Source of the DNA: Scyliorhinus canicula
Lineage: Eukaryota
DNA: 51,987 bases
Assembly: GCF_902713615.1 (NCBI RefSeq)
Contig: NW_024055454.1
Span: 124,001-175,987 of the forward strand
Direction of reading: 5' to 3'
The notes under the pieces are model-generated. The model did not search any database and was not told the DNA's origin. It saw nothing but the letters and a program-made list of their open reading frames with translations. The position numbers and the translations under genes are program-made. Of the stretch, positions 9,325 to 21,628 are shown one piece after another. Positions within the stretch are counted from its first letter, which is position 1. Every line of letters begins with the position of its first letter.

Positions 9325-12255
9325 CAGTCACTCTTCCTGCAGCGTGGTTGCACACTCCTCACTCACTCTTCCTGCAGTGTTGTTGCACACTCCTCACTCA
9401 CTCTTCCTGTAGCGTTGTTGCACACTCCTCACTCACTCTTCCTGTAGCGTTGTTGCACACTCCTCATTCACTCTTCCTGAAGCGTTGTTGCACACTCCTC
9501 ACTCACTCTTCCTGCAGTGTTGTTGCACACTCCTCACTCACTCTTCCAGCAGCGTTGTTGCACACTCATCACTCACTCTTCCTGTGGCGTTCTTGCACAC
9601 TCCTCACTCACTCTTCCTGCACCTTTGTTGCACACTCCTCACTCACTCTTCCTGCAGTGTTGTTGCACACTCCTCCCTCACACTTCCTGCAGCGTTGTTG
9701 CACACACCTCACTCACTCTTCCTGTAGCATTGTTACACACTCCTCACTCTCTCTTCCTACAGTGCTGTTGCACACACCGCACTCACTCTTCCTGCAGTGT
9801 TGTTGCACACTCCTCACTCACTCTTCCTGCAGTGTTGTTGCACACTCCTCACTCACTCTTCCTGTAACGTTGTTGCACACTCCTCACTCACTCTTCCTGC
9901 ACTGCTGTTGCACACACCTCACTCACTCTTCCTGCAGCGTTGTTGCACACTCCTCACTCACTCTTCCTGCAGTGTTGTTGCACACTCTTCACTCACTCTT
10001 CCTGCAGCGTTGTTGCACACTCCTCACTCACTCTTCCTGCAGTGTTGTTGCACACTCCTCACTCACTCTTCCTGAAGCGTTGTTGCACACTCCTTACTCA
10101 CTCTTCCTGCAGTGTTGCTGCACACTCCTCACTCACTCTTCCTGAAGCGTTGTTGCACACTCCTCACTCACTCTTCCTGTAGCGTTGTTGCACATTCCTC
10201 ACTTACTCTTCCTGCAGTGTTGTTGCACACTCCTCACTATCTCTTCCTGCAGTGTTGTTGCACACTCCACACTCACTCTTCATGCAGCGTTGTTGCACTC
10301 TCTGCATTCACTCTTCCTGCAGTGTTGTTGCACACTCCTCAATAACTCTTCCTGCAGCGTTCTTGCACGCTCCTCACTCTCCATTCCTGCAGTGTTGTTG
10401 CACACACCACACTCACACTTCCTGTAGCGTTGTTGCACTCTCTGCATTCACTCTTCCTGCAACGCTGTTACACACTCCTCACTCATTCTTCCTGCAGCGT
10501 TCTTGCACACTCCTCACTCTCTCTTCCTGCAGCGTTGTTGCACACTCCTCTGTCACTCTTGCTGCAGCGTTGTTGCACACTCCTCACTCACTCTTCCTGC
10601 AGTGTTGTTCCACACTCCTCACTCATTCTTCCTGCAGCGTTGTAGCACACTCATCACTCTCTCTTCCTGCAGCGCTCTTGCACACTCCTCACTCTCTCTT
10701 CCTGCAGCGTTCTTGCACGCTCCTCACTCACTCTTCCTGCAGCGTTGTTGCACACTCCTCACTCACTCTTCCTGCAGCGTTGTTGCACATTCCTCACTTA
10801 CTCTTCCTGCAGTGTTGTTGCAAGCTCCTCACTCACACTTCCTGCAGCGTTCTTGCACACTCCTCACTCTCTCTTCGTGCAGCATTGTTGCACATTCCTC
10901 AGTCACTCTTCCTGCAGCGTTGTTGCACACTCCTCACTCACTCTTCCTGCAGTGTTGTTCCACACTCCTCACTCATTCTTCCTGCAGCGTTGTAGCACAC
11001 TCATCACTCTCTCTTCCTGCAGCGTTCTTGCACACTCCTCATTCTCTCTTCCTGCTGCGTTCTTGCACGCTCCTCACTCACTCTTCCTGCAGCGTTGTTG
11101 CACACTCCTCACTCACTCTTCCTGCACCGTTGTTGCACACTCCTCACTCACTCTTCCTGCAGCGTTGTTGCACACTCCTCACTCACTCTTCCTGCAGTGT
11201 TGTTGCACACTCCTCACTCTCTCTTCCTGCAGCGTTGTTGCACACTCCTCACTCACTCTTCCTGTACCGTTGTTGCACACTCCTCACTCACTCTTCCTGC
11301 AGCGTTGTTGCACACTCCTCACTCTCTCTTCCTGCAGCGTTCTTGCACACTCCTCACTCACTCTTCCTGCAGCGTTGTTGCACGCACCTCACTCACTCTT
11401 CCTGCAGCGTTGTTGCACACTCCTTACTCACTCTTCCTGCAGTGTTTCTGCACACGCCTCCCTCTCTCTTCCTGCGGCGTTCTTGCACGCTCCTCACTCA
11501 CTCTTCCTGCAGCGTTCTTGCACACTCCTCACTCACTCTTCCTGCACCGTTGTTGCACACTCCTCACTCACTCTTCCTGCAGCGTTGTTGCACACTCCTC
11601 ACTCTCTCTTCCTGCAGCTTTCTTGCACGCTCCTCACTCACTCTTCCTGCAGCGTTGTTGCACACTCCTTACTCACTCTTCCTGCAGTGTTGCTGCACAC
11701 TCCTCACTCACTCTTCCTGCAGTGTTGTTGCACACTCCTCACTCACTCTTCCTGCATCGTTGCTGGGCGCTCCTCACGCACTCTTCCTGCAGCGTTGTTG
11801 CACACTCCTCACTCACTCTTCCTGCAGCGTTGTTGCATACTCCTCACTCACTCTTCCTGTAGTGTTGTTGCACACTCCTCACTCACTCTTCCTGCAGCGT
11901 TGTAGCACACTCCTCACTCTCTCTTCCTGCAGAGTTGTTGCACACTCCATGCTCACTCTTCCTGCAGTGTTGCTGCACACTCCTCACTCACTCTTCCTGC
12001 AGCGTTGTAGCACACTCCTCACTCTCTCTTCCTGCAGAGTTGTTGCACACTCCATGCTCATCTTCCTGCAGTGTTGCTGCACACTCCTCACTCACTCTTC
12101 CTGCAGTGTTGTTGCACACTCCTCACTCACTCTTCCTGCAGCGTTGTTGCACACTCCTCACGCACTCTTCCTGTAGCGTTGTTGCACACTCCACGCTCAC
12201 TCTTCCTGCAGCGTTGCTGCACACTCCTCACTCACTCTTCCTTCAGCGTTGTTGA
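9325..12255 (+). repeat. 35-bp minisatellite, ~83 copies
   Basis: Unit TGTTGCACACTCCTCACTCACTCTTCCTGCAGCGT; the ORF translations repeat every 35 aa, equal to 3 units. Confidence 0.97.
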
Positions 12256-12493
12256 ACACTCTGGCCACCGGTTTGACAAGAAGAAGATCCTGATGAAGGT
12301 CCTTATGTTATTTTCTAATTTGAAGCCGTCAAATGCTAACATCCCAAGAGTAATAGCAACGTTGAAAACACATGATAATAAATAACTTTTTTAAAATTCA
12401 AGTTTGATATCAGTCTTAAAATTATTTCTGTGGTTCTATATTGGTTCCCTCCATCACGTTTTCTTCACTAAATATACTCACCCAGTCTCCCAC

Positions 12494-12506
12494 TGCCCTC
12501 TGGTGG
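12494..12506 (-). promoter_or_regulatory. CTCF-like motif
   Basis: Minus strand CCACCAGAGGGCA, just outside the minisatellite. Confidence 0.55.
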
Positions 12507-12829
12507 CAGCTATAATCACTATAATGTGCGCTTTAAAATACCTGTCCCACTTCTGGAACCGTAAGACCATAAGACATAGGAGCAGAATGAGGCCAATCGG
12601 CCATCGAGTCTGCACTACCATTCAATCATGGCTGATATTTTTCTCATCCCCATTCTCCTTCCTTCTCTCTATAACCCCTGATTCCCTTATTCATCAAGAA
12701 CCTGTCTATTTCAGTCCGGCGTGTAGCAACTGAGGCGCAGTGAGGTAAGAAGCACCCATTTTTTGAAGCACTAGCTTCTGGAAGGGAAGTGTTTAAAGGG
12801 GCAATTAAAAAGGTAAGTGGGCCAGAAGA

Positions 12830-13720
12830 GGCGGGGTATTGGACGGGGGGTGGGGGGGGGGAGGATACAATGGGGAGGGGGGTTCGGTGATCGAACAGCA
12901 AGGGAGGGGGTCTGCTCAGACCGGAGGTGTGTCGGACCACAAAGTGGGGTCGGGTCAGACCAGAGAGGCTCCCCTGGAAGAGAGAACGGGGACGTTCGAA
13001 TGGGAGGGACGGGAGTCGAGTCGGATCGGAGGGAGGAGAGTCAGGCTGGACTGGAGTGGGGGGGAGGGGTCAGGTTGGACCGGAAGGTTTCGGATCGCAC
13101 CACAGGTAATAAGGTAGGTTCGGACTAGAGGGCCATACGGGGGAGGCGCGTTCGGGTCGGACGGAGGAGGGGGGCGGGGGTCGGTTATTGGGCTTCATAT
13201 CGAGGGGGTTGGTGTTGTTAGTGTAGGCGGGGTGGTTAGGACGGACGGGACTGAGTTTAGGGTGTGTCGGAATGGGGGTGTTAATCGGCAGGATGAGGGT
13301 TAGACCGGAGGGGAGGATCGGCCCTGGAATAGAGGGGGTCGGATCAGAGGGTGCGGCCAAAGCGGAGAGGAGGGGGAGTCGGACAGGAGTGGGGAGCTGG
13401 ATCTCGGGGAAGGGGCAGGTGGGCCGAAGGGGGCCCAGTCCGGGATGCGGGTGTCCAATCCTGGAGGGGGTGGGGCGGTCAGTCCTTGAGGGCTGAGGGC
13501 TAAACCCGGAGATGCTGTTGGACCGGGTGGCGCCAGACGGGGGGGGGAGGAGGGGGCAGGACCAGTCGCACCGGGAGTTGGGTTGGAGTGTGGGAAGGTC
13601 AGTTCACAGGTGCGCCTGGCCGGATTAACCCGTGGATGGGGTGGGCGGGCGATAGGGGTGGTGCGAAGGTTTTGGGTGCTATGGAGTTTCCTCTGGGTGT
13701 CGGGGTAGGGCTATTCCGTG
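12830..13720 (+). repeat. G-rich low-complexity interspersed element
   Basis: Dense GGG runs and recurring GGGTCGGA-like motifs; no credible ORF; family not identified. Confidence 0.55.
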
Positions 13721-14491
13721 CGAGGCAGTGCCTGTTTTGTTTCCATCGTAACTCTGGAATTTGCAGTGTTTTTATTCCCACTAACAATTCCACAGCAACT
13801 ACCAGGGTCAAACTGCAGTCATCCAATGTTCGCGATTTTAATCGCTCACGTCAGCTGTTTCCCAGCCCTGCGTTATTGTCCAGCGGATTTTAGCGGTTCT
13901 GCGCAATTTCTGGGTAACCCCTTCCGTGCGAGCCTCCTGGAGGAATCTCCCAGTCATCATTAACACTTCCTAAATGCGACGCCGTGGAACCAGGAAGTTA
14001 TGGGTCTCTTTTTCGTCAGATCGGAGTCATTGATATTCTGTCACTCAGCCTTTATCCCCAAGAGTTAATATCGAAGGAGAAAGGATCATTTTCACCTGTA
14101 TCTGTAGTACTACATGCGGGTTGGGGGCGTGGTGGTAACTGATTCGAGAATCAACCTGAAACACAGCCTCTGTTCTGATAAAATACCCGCTTTACTTTGA
14201 AGATTAAACGGAGTTTGTCAAAACCATTCTTCTGCGCTACTCCACAATTTGACAAATTTCACGATTTCACCCTCTGGGCTGCAGCTGAGCAAAGCCGCGT
14301 TTATTCCTGTTCCCTATGACCCACAGAGCTGGGAACAGTTGAACCATAGCACAGATACTCCCACCGCTTCACAGGTCAAACACCCAGTAAGTTACGGTCA
14401 ATTACAAGGACGAACGGATGTGAAGATCATCTAAAAATAATTGTACATACAATCTCTCATGTTCACATATTTAGTTATGCTATGAGGTTTG

Positions 14492-14555
14492 TCTGCGCAC
14501 GGTGGCGCAGTGGTTAGCACTGCTGCCTCACGGCGCTGAGGCCCCGGGTTCGATC
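14492..14555 (+). mobile_element. tRNA-derived SINE 5' fragment
   Basis: GCACGGTGGCGCAGTGGTTAGCACTGCTGCCTCACGGCGC..GGTTCGATC, with A and B boxes. Confidence 0.75.
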
Positions 14556-16597
14556 ATGTAGCGGATGTTGTGCAGATGTCCACAGTGCGAGTTCCAGTTA
14601 GAGTCACATATCTGCGCTACCGTACTAATAAACCAAAATCAATAATTAAACCACCACCATGAAACCCATTGCGATTTGTATTAAATGCAACGAAACGCAA
14701 CAATGACCAAGATTGGTTGAGGACTACACATTCGAATGATATCTAGAGCTTACAGTTATAATTTTTTAAAAAACTCAAATGCACCTTCAGGACCTTAACG
14801 ATGCCTTTCGGTGTATTTTCCTTTTCTGCTCCCTCTAATCGCCAGTCTCCATTTTTTAAATTCAGAATACTTCACGCTTCCTTGTTTCAGTCTGTAAATT
14901 ATTGATGTCAAACCTTGGTTTATTCAGTCAGAACCGCTCAAACCGGACATTAAATATAAAAACTGTCACATCAGGCCAGTGATTGACACATGACTCCAGA
15001 TCCACATTGATCTCTTTGACTCTTACCTTCGCTCTGCAATGACCTAGCAAGTCACTGGGATCAAAGGAACTGAGAGAGGGACATCAAATGCTGGCCTTAC
15101 CACCAACGCCCAATGAAGAATAAAAATAAGTCAATATTAGTTCGCCAACAATAAGATCTGAGTTACAGCAGTTAGGAAGACAACAGAGATGTATAATTGG
15201 GAAGGAAATGCTGACTAGTAATGATACAATGTTAGGGAATGGTGAAATATGGTTCTGCTTCACTCTGTCAATCTGTAACTGCAGATTAGGGAATCTTCTG
15301 CTGGAGCCGGAATACACAGGTTCAACGCAATGCATTGCTGATACAACCAATACTGAACAGGGAATATCGACAGGAACCATTCCAATAATGCAGGACAGGT
15401 AAGGCTCATCAGAGTCTAAGCAGCGACATGAGGCTGCGGGAGTTGCTGCCACAGACAAAGGCACCACAAGGTTTGTTTCCAGTTCGGACCTGCGGGAAAC
15501 ATGTGACTACAGCGCCCTTTAACGGCGATTCTGGGAAATATACACTGTCCGGATCACAAAGTGCAAGATCATCAATGGGGCAGTTTCCAGCGGTCTTTTA
15601 TCGGGAGACATGTTTTAAGAATTCAGCATTGTAAATGGCCGCAATTGAAGTATGAGTGAGTTGAAAGGAAATACTTTAACTAATTCTGAATCTCTTTCTT
15701 TATATCTTTATCGTATCTTTTTGTTTTGCATTTTACACGCATTATTTCTGTCCTGCATTTCTCAGAAAAGTTTGTTGTCTGCAAACATTCACTGACCAAG
15801 CAACATACTTTGATCAAAAAACCCAGTGGCTGTGGTTAATGGCTCCAGGGAATGGCAAAGTGATCGGGGAATGACGGCTTAATATTGCAGACAGGCGGTA
15901 ACATGTACTGAAGGACAAATGGAATTTCTGGGCCGATAGCACGTCACACAATACTGACCGATCACACTTCATAGAAACGTGATAGAATAGAACCACGCAG
16001 TGCAGAAGGAGGCCATTTGGACCATCAAGTCTGCACCGACCCTCTGAAAAACACCCTACCTAGGCCCACTCCACCGTCCTATCCCCACAACCTCACCTAA
16101 TCTGCACATCTTTGGGCACTGAGGGGCAATATTCGTGAGGCCTAACCTGCACGCCTATGTTGCAGTCGACTCACAGTATAACAGGATGTTCACAAGATCG
16201 TAATGGTCACCCAAAATACAGAGTTCTCATCAAAACGTCAACATTTACAACAGTGCCCACCAAATCCATTAGAATTTGACCGTTTGCAGCTGTGAAACAA
16301 CTGGCCATCACATATTATGAATAACCATATCATTGTAAGCATGGAGATGAATACATTTAATTTGCTGCTTTCGATCTGCGCCAACAGATGAATTGAAGAT
16401 CCAATGCCCTGTGAGAAGATTGGTTGAATTGAAGAGAAAATAAGCTTACAGGCAATTGGCCGTGGCCCAATGACGTTGTGAGCAATGTAACAATCAGCAG
16501 GCACTCGGATGTGATTCATTCTCTTTTCAACTCTTGGCGAAAACAATTTCAGCCTCAGCCATTTCTGTTGAAACCTGTTCTGTTGATCTCTGCAAAC

Positions 16598-16649
16598 ATG
16601 TGGCCTGTTACTGTGTATTTATTCCTCACAGCGGCCGCGCTTTTAACCG
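16598..16649 (+). other. Orphan signal-peptide exon
   Basis: ATG in AAACATGT context, MWPVTVYLFLTAAALLT+G, phase-1 GTAAGT donor at 16650; no recognisable V exon follows directly. Confidence 0.65.
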
Positions 16650-17298
16650 GTAAGTTCACAAGTTGCTCAACTCTTTATGTCACATCCTTTCTACACATGA
16701 CATTCTGTCAGGCAGGTCGCTCAATACAAGGGGGTGGGTGTGGGTGGTTGGACAAACAGATTGACCCCAACTTCGAAAAATCATCTGGATCTCGCTGCTC
16801 TAAACACGGAACACTGTTTTCTGGAATTCGGCATATTTCCCTGAGGGAATGAGAGCGGAAGTGTTGGGCTGAGATTTCAGCTCCTCTGGTGCCAGTGAAT
16901 GACCTTGGCAAACAGCAGACTATCAACCCTTCAGACTGAAGGTTGCCTTTTCTAAAAAGTTCAACTGTCAGATTACATAGCCTGATGTTATTTTTTCTGA
17001 ATAAGTGGTGTGAGGAGTGAAGGGGTGGGACTAATTGTCAATGCAAACCCCGCCCAGAGCGGTGACGCGAGTAGATGATGTAGGAGGAGCTAGCGGAACG
17101 ATCACTGACCAGTCAGCTGTCGTTGCTACCTAAAATGTTGCTTCCCAGTTAGCGCATTGAAGCTTCTTATTGGAAATATCATCTGAAAAACACTTCCTAA
17201 ACTATAGTTTTAGCTCTCTGTGCAACATTTCTTAGCTTAACGTATCGTAAGAGTGAATATATACATATGGTACCGGAAAGATTGTTCCTGAAGATAGA

Positions 17299-17751
17299 AT
17301 GAGGCTCATGTCCTATAGCCACCTGGTTATATTGTGGCTGTTTTTCGGTATGTACAGCCAAAATGTTTGGTTTGTTTGCAGTAAAGTGATGCTGATAGAT
17401 TTTTGCACGCAATGTGGCATTGAACATTTTGCTACCTTTTATTGCAGCGGCCATTCAGGCAGATTCTGTGTCACAGCCGCAGACTGCACTGAATATCACT
17501 GAAGGAGTTAGAACGAAATTAGATTGTACCTACACAACGAACTACCAGAACCCCGATCTGTACTGGTACAGACAGCGCAAGAACCAGGCCCCGCAATTTA
17601 TTTTGCATCGAGACCGAAGCAGGAAAACAGACGCAGATTTTGCCAAGGGAAAATTCGAGGCCGACCAAACTAATGCAGAAAAGAAGTTTCCTTTAACAGT
17701 CACTCGAGCGGAAACCCATGACAGCGCCGTATATTTCTGCGTGTTGAGAGA
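17299..17751 (+). CDS. TCR alpha/delta V segment V5, apparently functional; leader 17299-17347, V exon 17448-17751
   Basis: Leader MRLMSYSHLVILWLFF, GTATGT donor, TGCAG acceptor; DSVSQP..LDCTY..PDLYWYRQ..DSAVYFCVLR. Confidence 0.93.
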
Positions 17752-17790
17752 CACAGCGGTTTAATACTCATCTCCCGCTGTACAAAAACC
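17752..17790 (+). other. 23-RSS of V5
   Basis: CACAGCG, 23 bp, ACAAAAACC. Confidence 0.95.
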
Positions 17791-18184
17791 TCACTGAAAT
17801 AAAACTGTCACAGGCTGTGACTCTCGCTCAAAGCGCTATCCGTGTCTCGGCTGTAACTGTTCCATTTCTCAACTCTAGGGCCCCTGAGCCAGGAAGTTGT
17901 GGGTTCAAGACTCCCTGCAGATATCTGAGGACTATCAGTACAAAGGGAGTCCGGGCGTCTCCGCAGTGAAGCATTCGGATAAACGAGCAATAGAGGCTTT
18001 AACTACCCTTTCTGGAGGATCTTCGTCACCGCCGCACTGTTTTAGAAAGCAGGGCAGTTCCCCGAGATACTTAAACCTCAGTCGACATCACTGAAACCGA
18101 TTAACACATTCCCTGAGATCTTGCTGTGGGCACAGCGACACTTTCCTACGTTACACTCGTTACTGCACATCAAATTTACTTCGA

Positions 18185-18350
18185 AAGGGAAAATGCTGGA
18201 AAATCTCAGCAGGTCTGGCAGCATATGTAGGGAGAGAAAAGAGCTAACGTTTCGAGTCCGATGACTCTTTGTCAAAGCTGAGACTTGCTGAGATTTTCCA
18301 GCATTTTTACTTTCGTTTCAGATTCCAGCATCCGCAGTAATTTGCTTTCA
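18185..18350. mobile_element. Penelope-like pLTR remnant in inverted (hairpin) arrangement
   Basis: AAAATGCTGGAAAATCTCAGCAGGTC ... GACTTGCTGAGATTTTCCAGCATTTT. Confidence 0.75.
18242..18279 (-). ncRNA. Minimal hammerhead ribozyme motif, U3-A8 variant
   Basis: Minus strand reads AGCT-TTGACAAA-GAGTC atcg GACTC-GAAAC-GTT-AGCT. Confidence 0.65.
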
Positions 18351-19092
18351 TCAAATTTACTTCCTTTGTTCTGCGGGACAAGCTGGATGGACTGGGCTGC
18401 CCTTTGTCGGCCATTGCTGGCAGAATTAGTCAATTAAACATTACAACGTGCCGGCCTCTATACATCATTTTCAGCTCCTCCATCCACACTCGCCCCAATA
18501 ATGTCCATTGCCCGACTGGGCCTCAGGTCTGACCGTCGCAGCGCTGAGCTTTCCAGAGAACCAAATTGGAGTCGCTGCGCCAATCTACGATCAGTACGTG
18601 AGCTCAGTCCCTCAATACGTTTCTTCGTTCCCAGCGGATAGCATTGGACTGGATTCAAACAACTCTCCTTCACGTTTAAAGTGATATTTCTCAATAATCT
18701 GCTCAAGCTTACTCCATCCTCTCGTCATCCACATGCTCCACATCAGGGTTTTTGATGAAACGGAAACCGCAGGATATTGGTTATAGCTTTCAGAGAAAAA
18801 AAACGATGATGAAATACATGAGTTCAACCGTGTTTTCCTGACGCTTTGTAAGCCTGAGCTATTTTTTCTAGCAAATGCTTATTAAGAAACGGGAAACATG
18901 AGAGCATCTACCTCCAGATTTTCCGGTACCATTATATTTCAGAACCATTTTGTGCTGGGTGTGTGGGATTTGGAAAAGAAATATTGCCTAATGGCGAACA
19001 CTGAGTAATAGAGGGAGGACAACAATCCTGGGAATATTGCATTATATCATTAACCAATTTAAATGTAATACAAGACAGTCAACCTCCTAAAT

Positions 19093-19640
19093 AAAAGCAA
19101 ATTACTGCGGATGCTGGAATCTGAAACGAAAGGAACAATGCTGGAAAATCTCAGCAGGTCTGGCAGCATGTGCAGGGAGAGAAAATAGCTAACGTTTCGA
19201 GTCAGATGACTCTTTGTCAAAGCTAGCAGACAGAGAGAGTGGGAAATATTTATACTGTGGAGTGAGAATGAAAGATGAGTCATAGCACAGAAACCCAGGG
19301 AAACTGGCCCAGATACCAAGGGGAAAGAGTGCCAATGGCAGTCCCCAGAGAGGACAAAAGATGTGAAAGGTCAAACAGCAGGGAAATTAACATCAGAGGA
19401 TGAACTGTAGGTGTGGGGGGAGGGGAAGGTGTAAGCAAAGAGGAGAAAGGTGCAGGAAAGAAAGAAATGGTAAAAGACAGTTAAAATGAAATGAAAACAA
19501 ATGGGTCGTTGGGGCTGATCATCTGAAGTTGTTGAATTCAATGTTCAGGCCGGAAGACTGTAGCGTGCTTAACCGGAAGATGAGATGTTGTTCCTCCAGT
19601 TTGTGTTGCGCTTCACTGGAACATTGCAGCAGGCCAAGAA
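19093..19640 (-). mobile_element. Penelope-like retroelement 3' end (GIY-YIG C-terminus plus pLTR)
   Basis: Minus strand near 19636-19523 translates LGLLQCSSEAQHKLEEQHLIFRLSTLQSSGLNIEFNNFR, typical of the PLE endonuclease end. Confidence 0.85.
19187..19224 (-). ncRNA. Minimal hammerhead ribozyme motif, U3-A8 variant
   Basis: Minus strand reads AGCT-TTGACAAA-GAGTC atct GACTC-GAAAC-GTT-AGCT, in the same sense as the PLE ORF. Confidence 0.68.
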
Positions 19641-20850
19641 CAGACACGTGGGCACGCTCTTGCGTTATCTAAAGGACCTTGGGAACAGCAACTTGATTTG
19701 TTGCTTTATTCAAACGTTTTCAAATTTTCCCACTACCTTTGTTGGACTCTGGACACTGGTCAGGTTTACGACAATGCAAGAAATAAATTCCATTCAAGTT
19801 TAGCAGTTATCCAACATACTGTTGTAGCAGTAAAATTACTATCCCACGAATTCAAAGATCCGTGTTGATGATATCAAGACATAGGTTCAATTCTCACCAT
19901 AGCAGCGGGAGGAATTTACTGAATTCAATAATTAAATAAAAATAATATGGAATTGACACCAGGCAAGTCTCAGTAATGGTGATCATTAGTTGTCGTAGAA
20001 ACCCATCAGCTTTATTGTTGTCATTAGGGGAAGGGAATCTGCCATCTTAACTCAGTCTGGCTCGCAACGTGACACCAGACGCACAGCAACGTGGTTGCCT
20101 CGGAAATAGCAAAATGTAACCAGGGACCCCAAAATCACATGAAACAATTATTTAAATTCTTAACGATCGGTTGACTGAGGTGCATTCCTACGTTTCAGGG
20201 TGCATTTAGTGCTTTTGCTGTCTTTGTCATGCTGTATTTAAAAATATGGTGTGAGTAGATCAAATCTCAGTGACACTCCCGCTGAAACAACAGTCACCAA
20301 ACATACACCCTACTAATGACATCACTTTGCTCAACATTTCCGAACTAACAGACGATTCGTGAAATCTAAATATATCAGTGGGACTGAGACCGATAATATC
20401 CCTCACAAAGAGATGCAATCGGTGCAAACACGAGCAGAAAGCTTTCCCGTTAAGATGAAATTCACAGTTGCTGTGAAAATACCAACAGATTGGACACCAA
20501 AATAACTGTAGGCAAGGCAATGTTTTGGGTGGGGCTGTTCCGAGTCGAGTTCGTCATTGAATCAAAAAGAAAAGTATGTTTTTGTGCCTATTTTGTATTT
20601 CTGAATGTCCGATGACACAGCCCTGGGATAAAAACAAATGAAGTCCATTAACAGCAAAACCGCGTTATTCTGGTACATTTTTAAAAAGCTGTTTACGAAA
20701 CGTTAATCTTAGTATTCTCCATCTCTCTCCCTCACGAAACATGTTTCGGAAATGTCAACTGTTTAGCAGCAAAATGTGCGTTAATGGAAAAGAGGTTTTA
20801 CATTTTCATGATTCTCTTTATTTAACACTTTATCTGATCTAAAATCTCTG

Positions 20851-20885
20851 TTAGGGTTGGGCTTAGGGTTAGGGTTAGGGTTAGG
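20851..20885 (+). repeat. Short interstitial telomeric repeat (TTAGGG)n
   Basis: TTAGGG TTGGGC TTAGGG TTAGGG TTAGGG TTAGG. Confidence 0.85.
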
Positions 20886-21628
20886 AAGGAATAACAGGAA
20901 GACAGAGTACTTGGCTAATGGTAAGTTTCTTGGTAGTGTGGATGAGCAGAGAGATCACGGTGTCCATGTACATAGATCCCTGAAAGTTGCCACCCAGGTT
21001 GAGAGGGTTGTTAAGAAGGCGTACGGTGTGTTAGAGGAATTGAGTTTCGGAGCCATGAGGTCATGTTGCAGTTGTACAAAACTCTGGTGCGACCACATTT
21101 GGAGTATTGCGTGCAGTTCTGGTCACCGCATTGTAGGAAGGATGTGGAAGAATTAGAAAGGGTGGAGAGGAGTTTTACCAGAATGTTGCCTGGAATGAAG
21201 GGAAGAACTTATGAGGAACGGCTGAGGGACTTGAGGCTGTTTTCGTTAGAATGAAGAAAGTTAAGAGGTGACTTAATTGAGGCATACAAGATGATCAGAG
21301 GATTAGATAGGGTGGACAGTGAGAGCCTTTTCCCTCGGATGGTGATGTCCAGCACGAGGGGACATAGCTTTAAATTGAGGGGAGATAGATATAGGACAGA
21401 TGTCAGAGGTAGGTTCTTTACTCAGAGAGTAGTAAGGGCGTGGAATGCCCTGCCTGGAACAGTAGTGGACTCGCCAACACTGAGGGCATTCAAATGGTCA
21501 TTGGATAGACATATGGACGATAAAAGAATAGTGTAGAGGGACTTTAGAAGGGTTTCACAGGACGGTGCAACATCGTGGGGCGAAGGGCCTGTACTGCGCT
21601 GTAATGTTCTATGTTATATATGTTCTAT
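20886..21628 (+). mobile_element. 5'-truncated CR1 LINE with 3' tail
   Basis: LYKTLVRPHLEYCVQFWSP..RTYEERLRDLRLFSLE, ending in a TGTTCTAT-type tail. Confidence 0.93.

Noticed and set aside
9325-12255. CRISPR-like array
   Set aside because: Units are contiguous with no unique spacers, in a vertebrate context.
9312-12385. Long overlapping His/Ser/Leu/Cys-rich ORFs up to 557 aa
   Set aside because: Artefact of the pyrimidine-rich 35-bp repeat, which lacks stop codons on the plus strand in all frames.
9264-12490. CACCCAGTCTCC on both sides of the minisatellite as a target-site duplication
   Set aside because: The matches are ~50 and ~220 bp away from the array edges, so they do not flank it directly.
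15285-15400. Possible exon (CAG acceptor, GTAAGG donor)
   Set aside because: The translation resembles nothing and there are no partner exons; chance splice-like sites are common.
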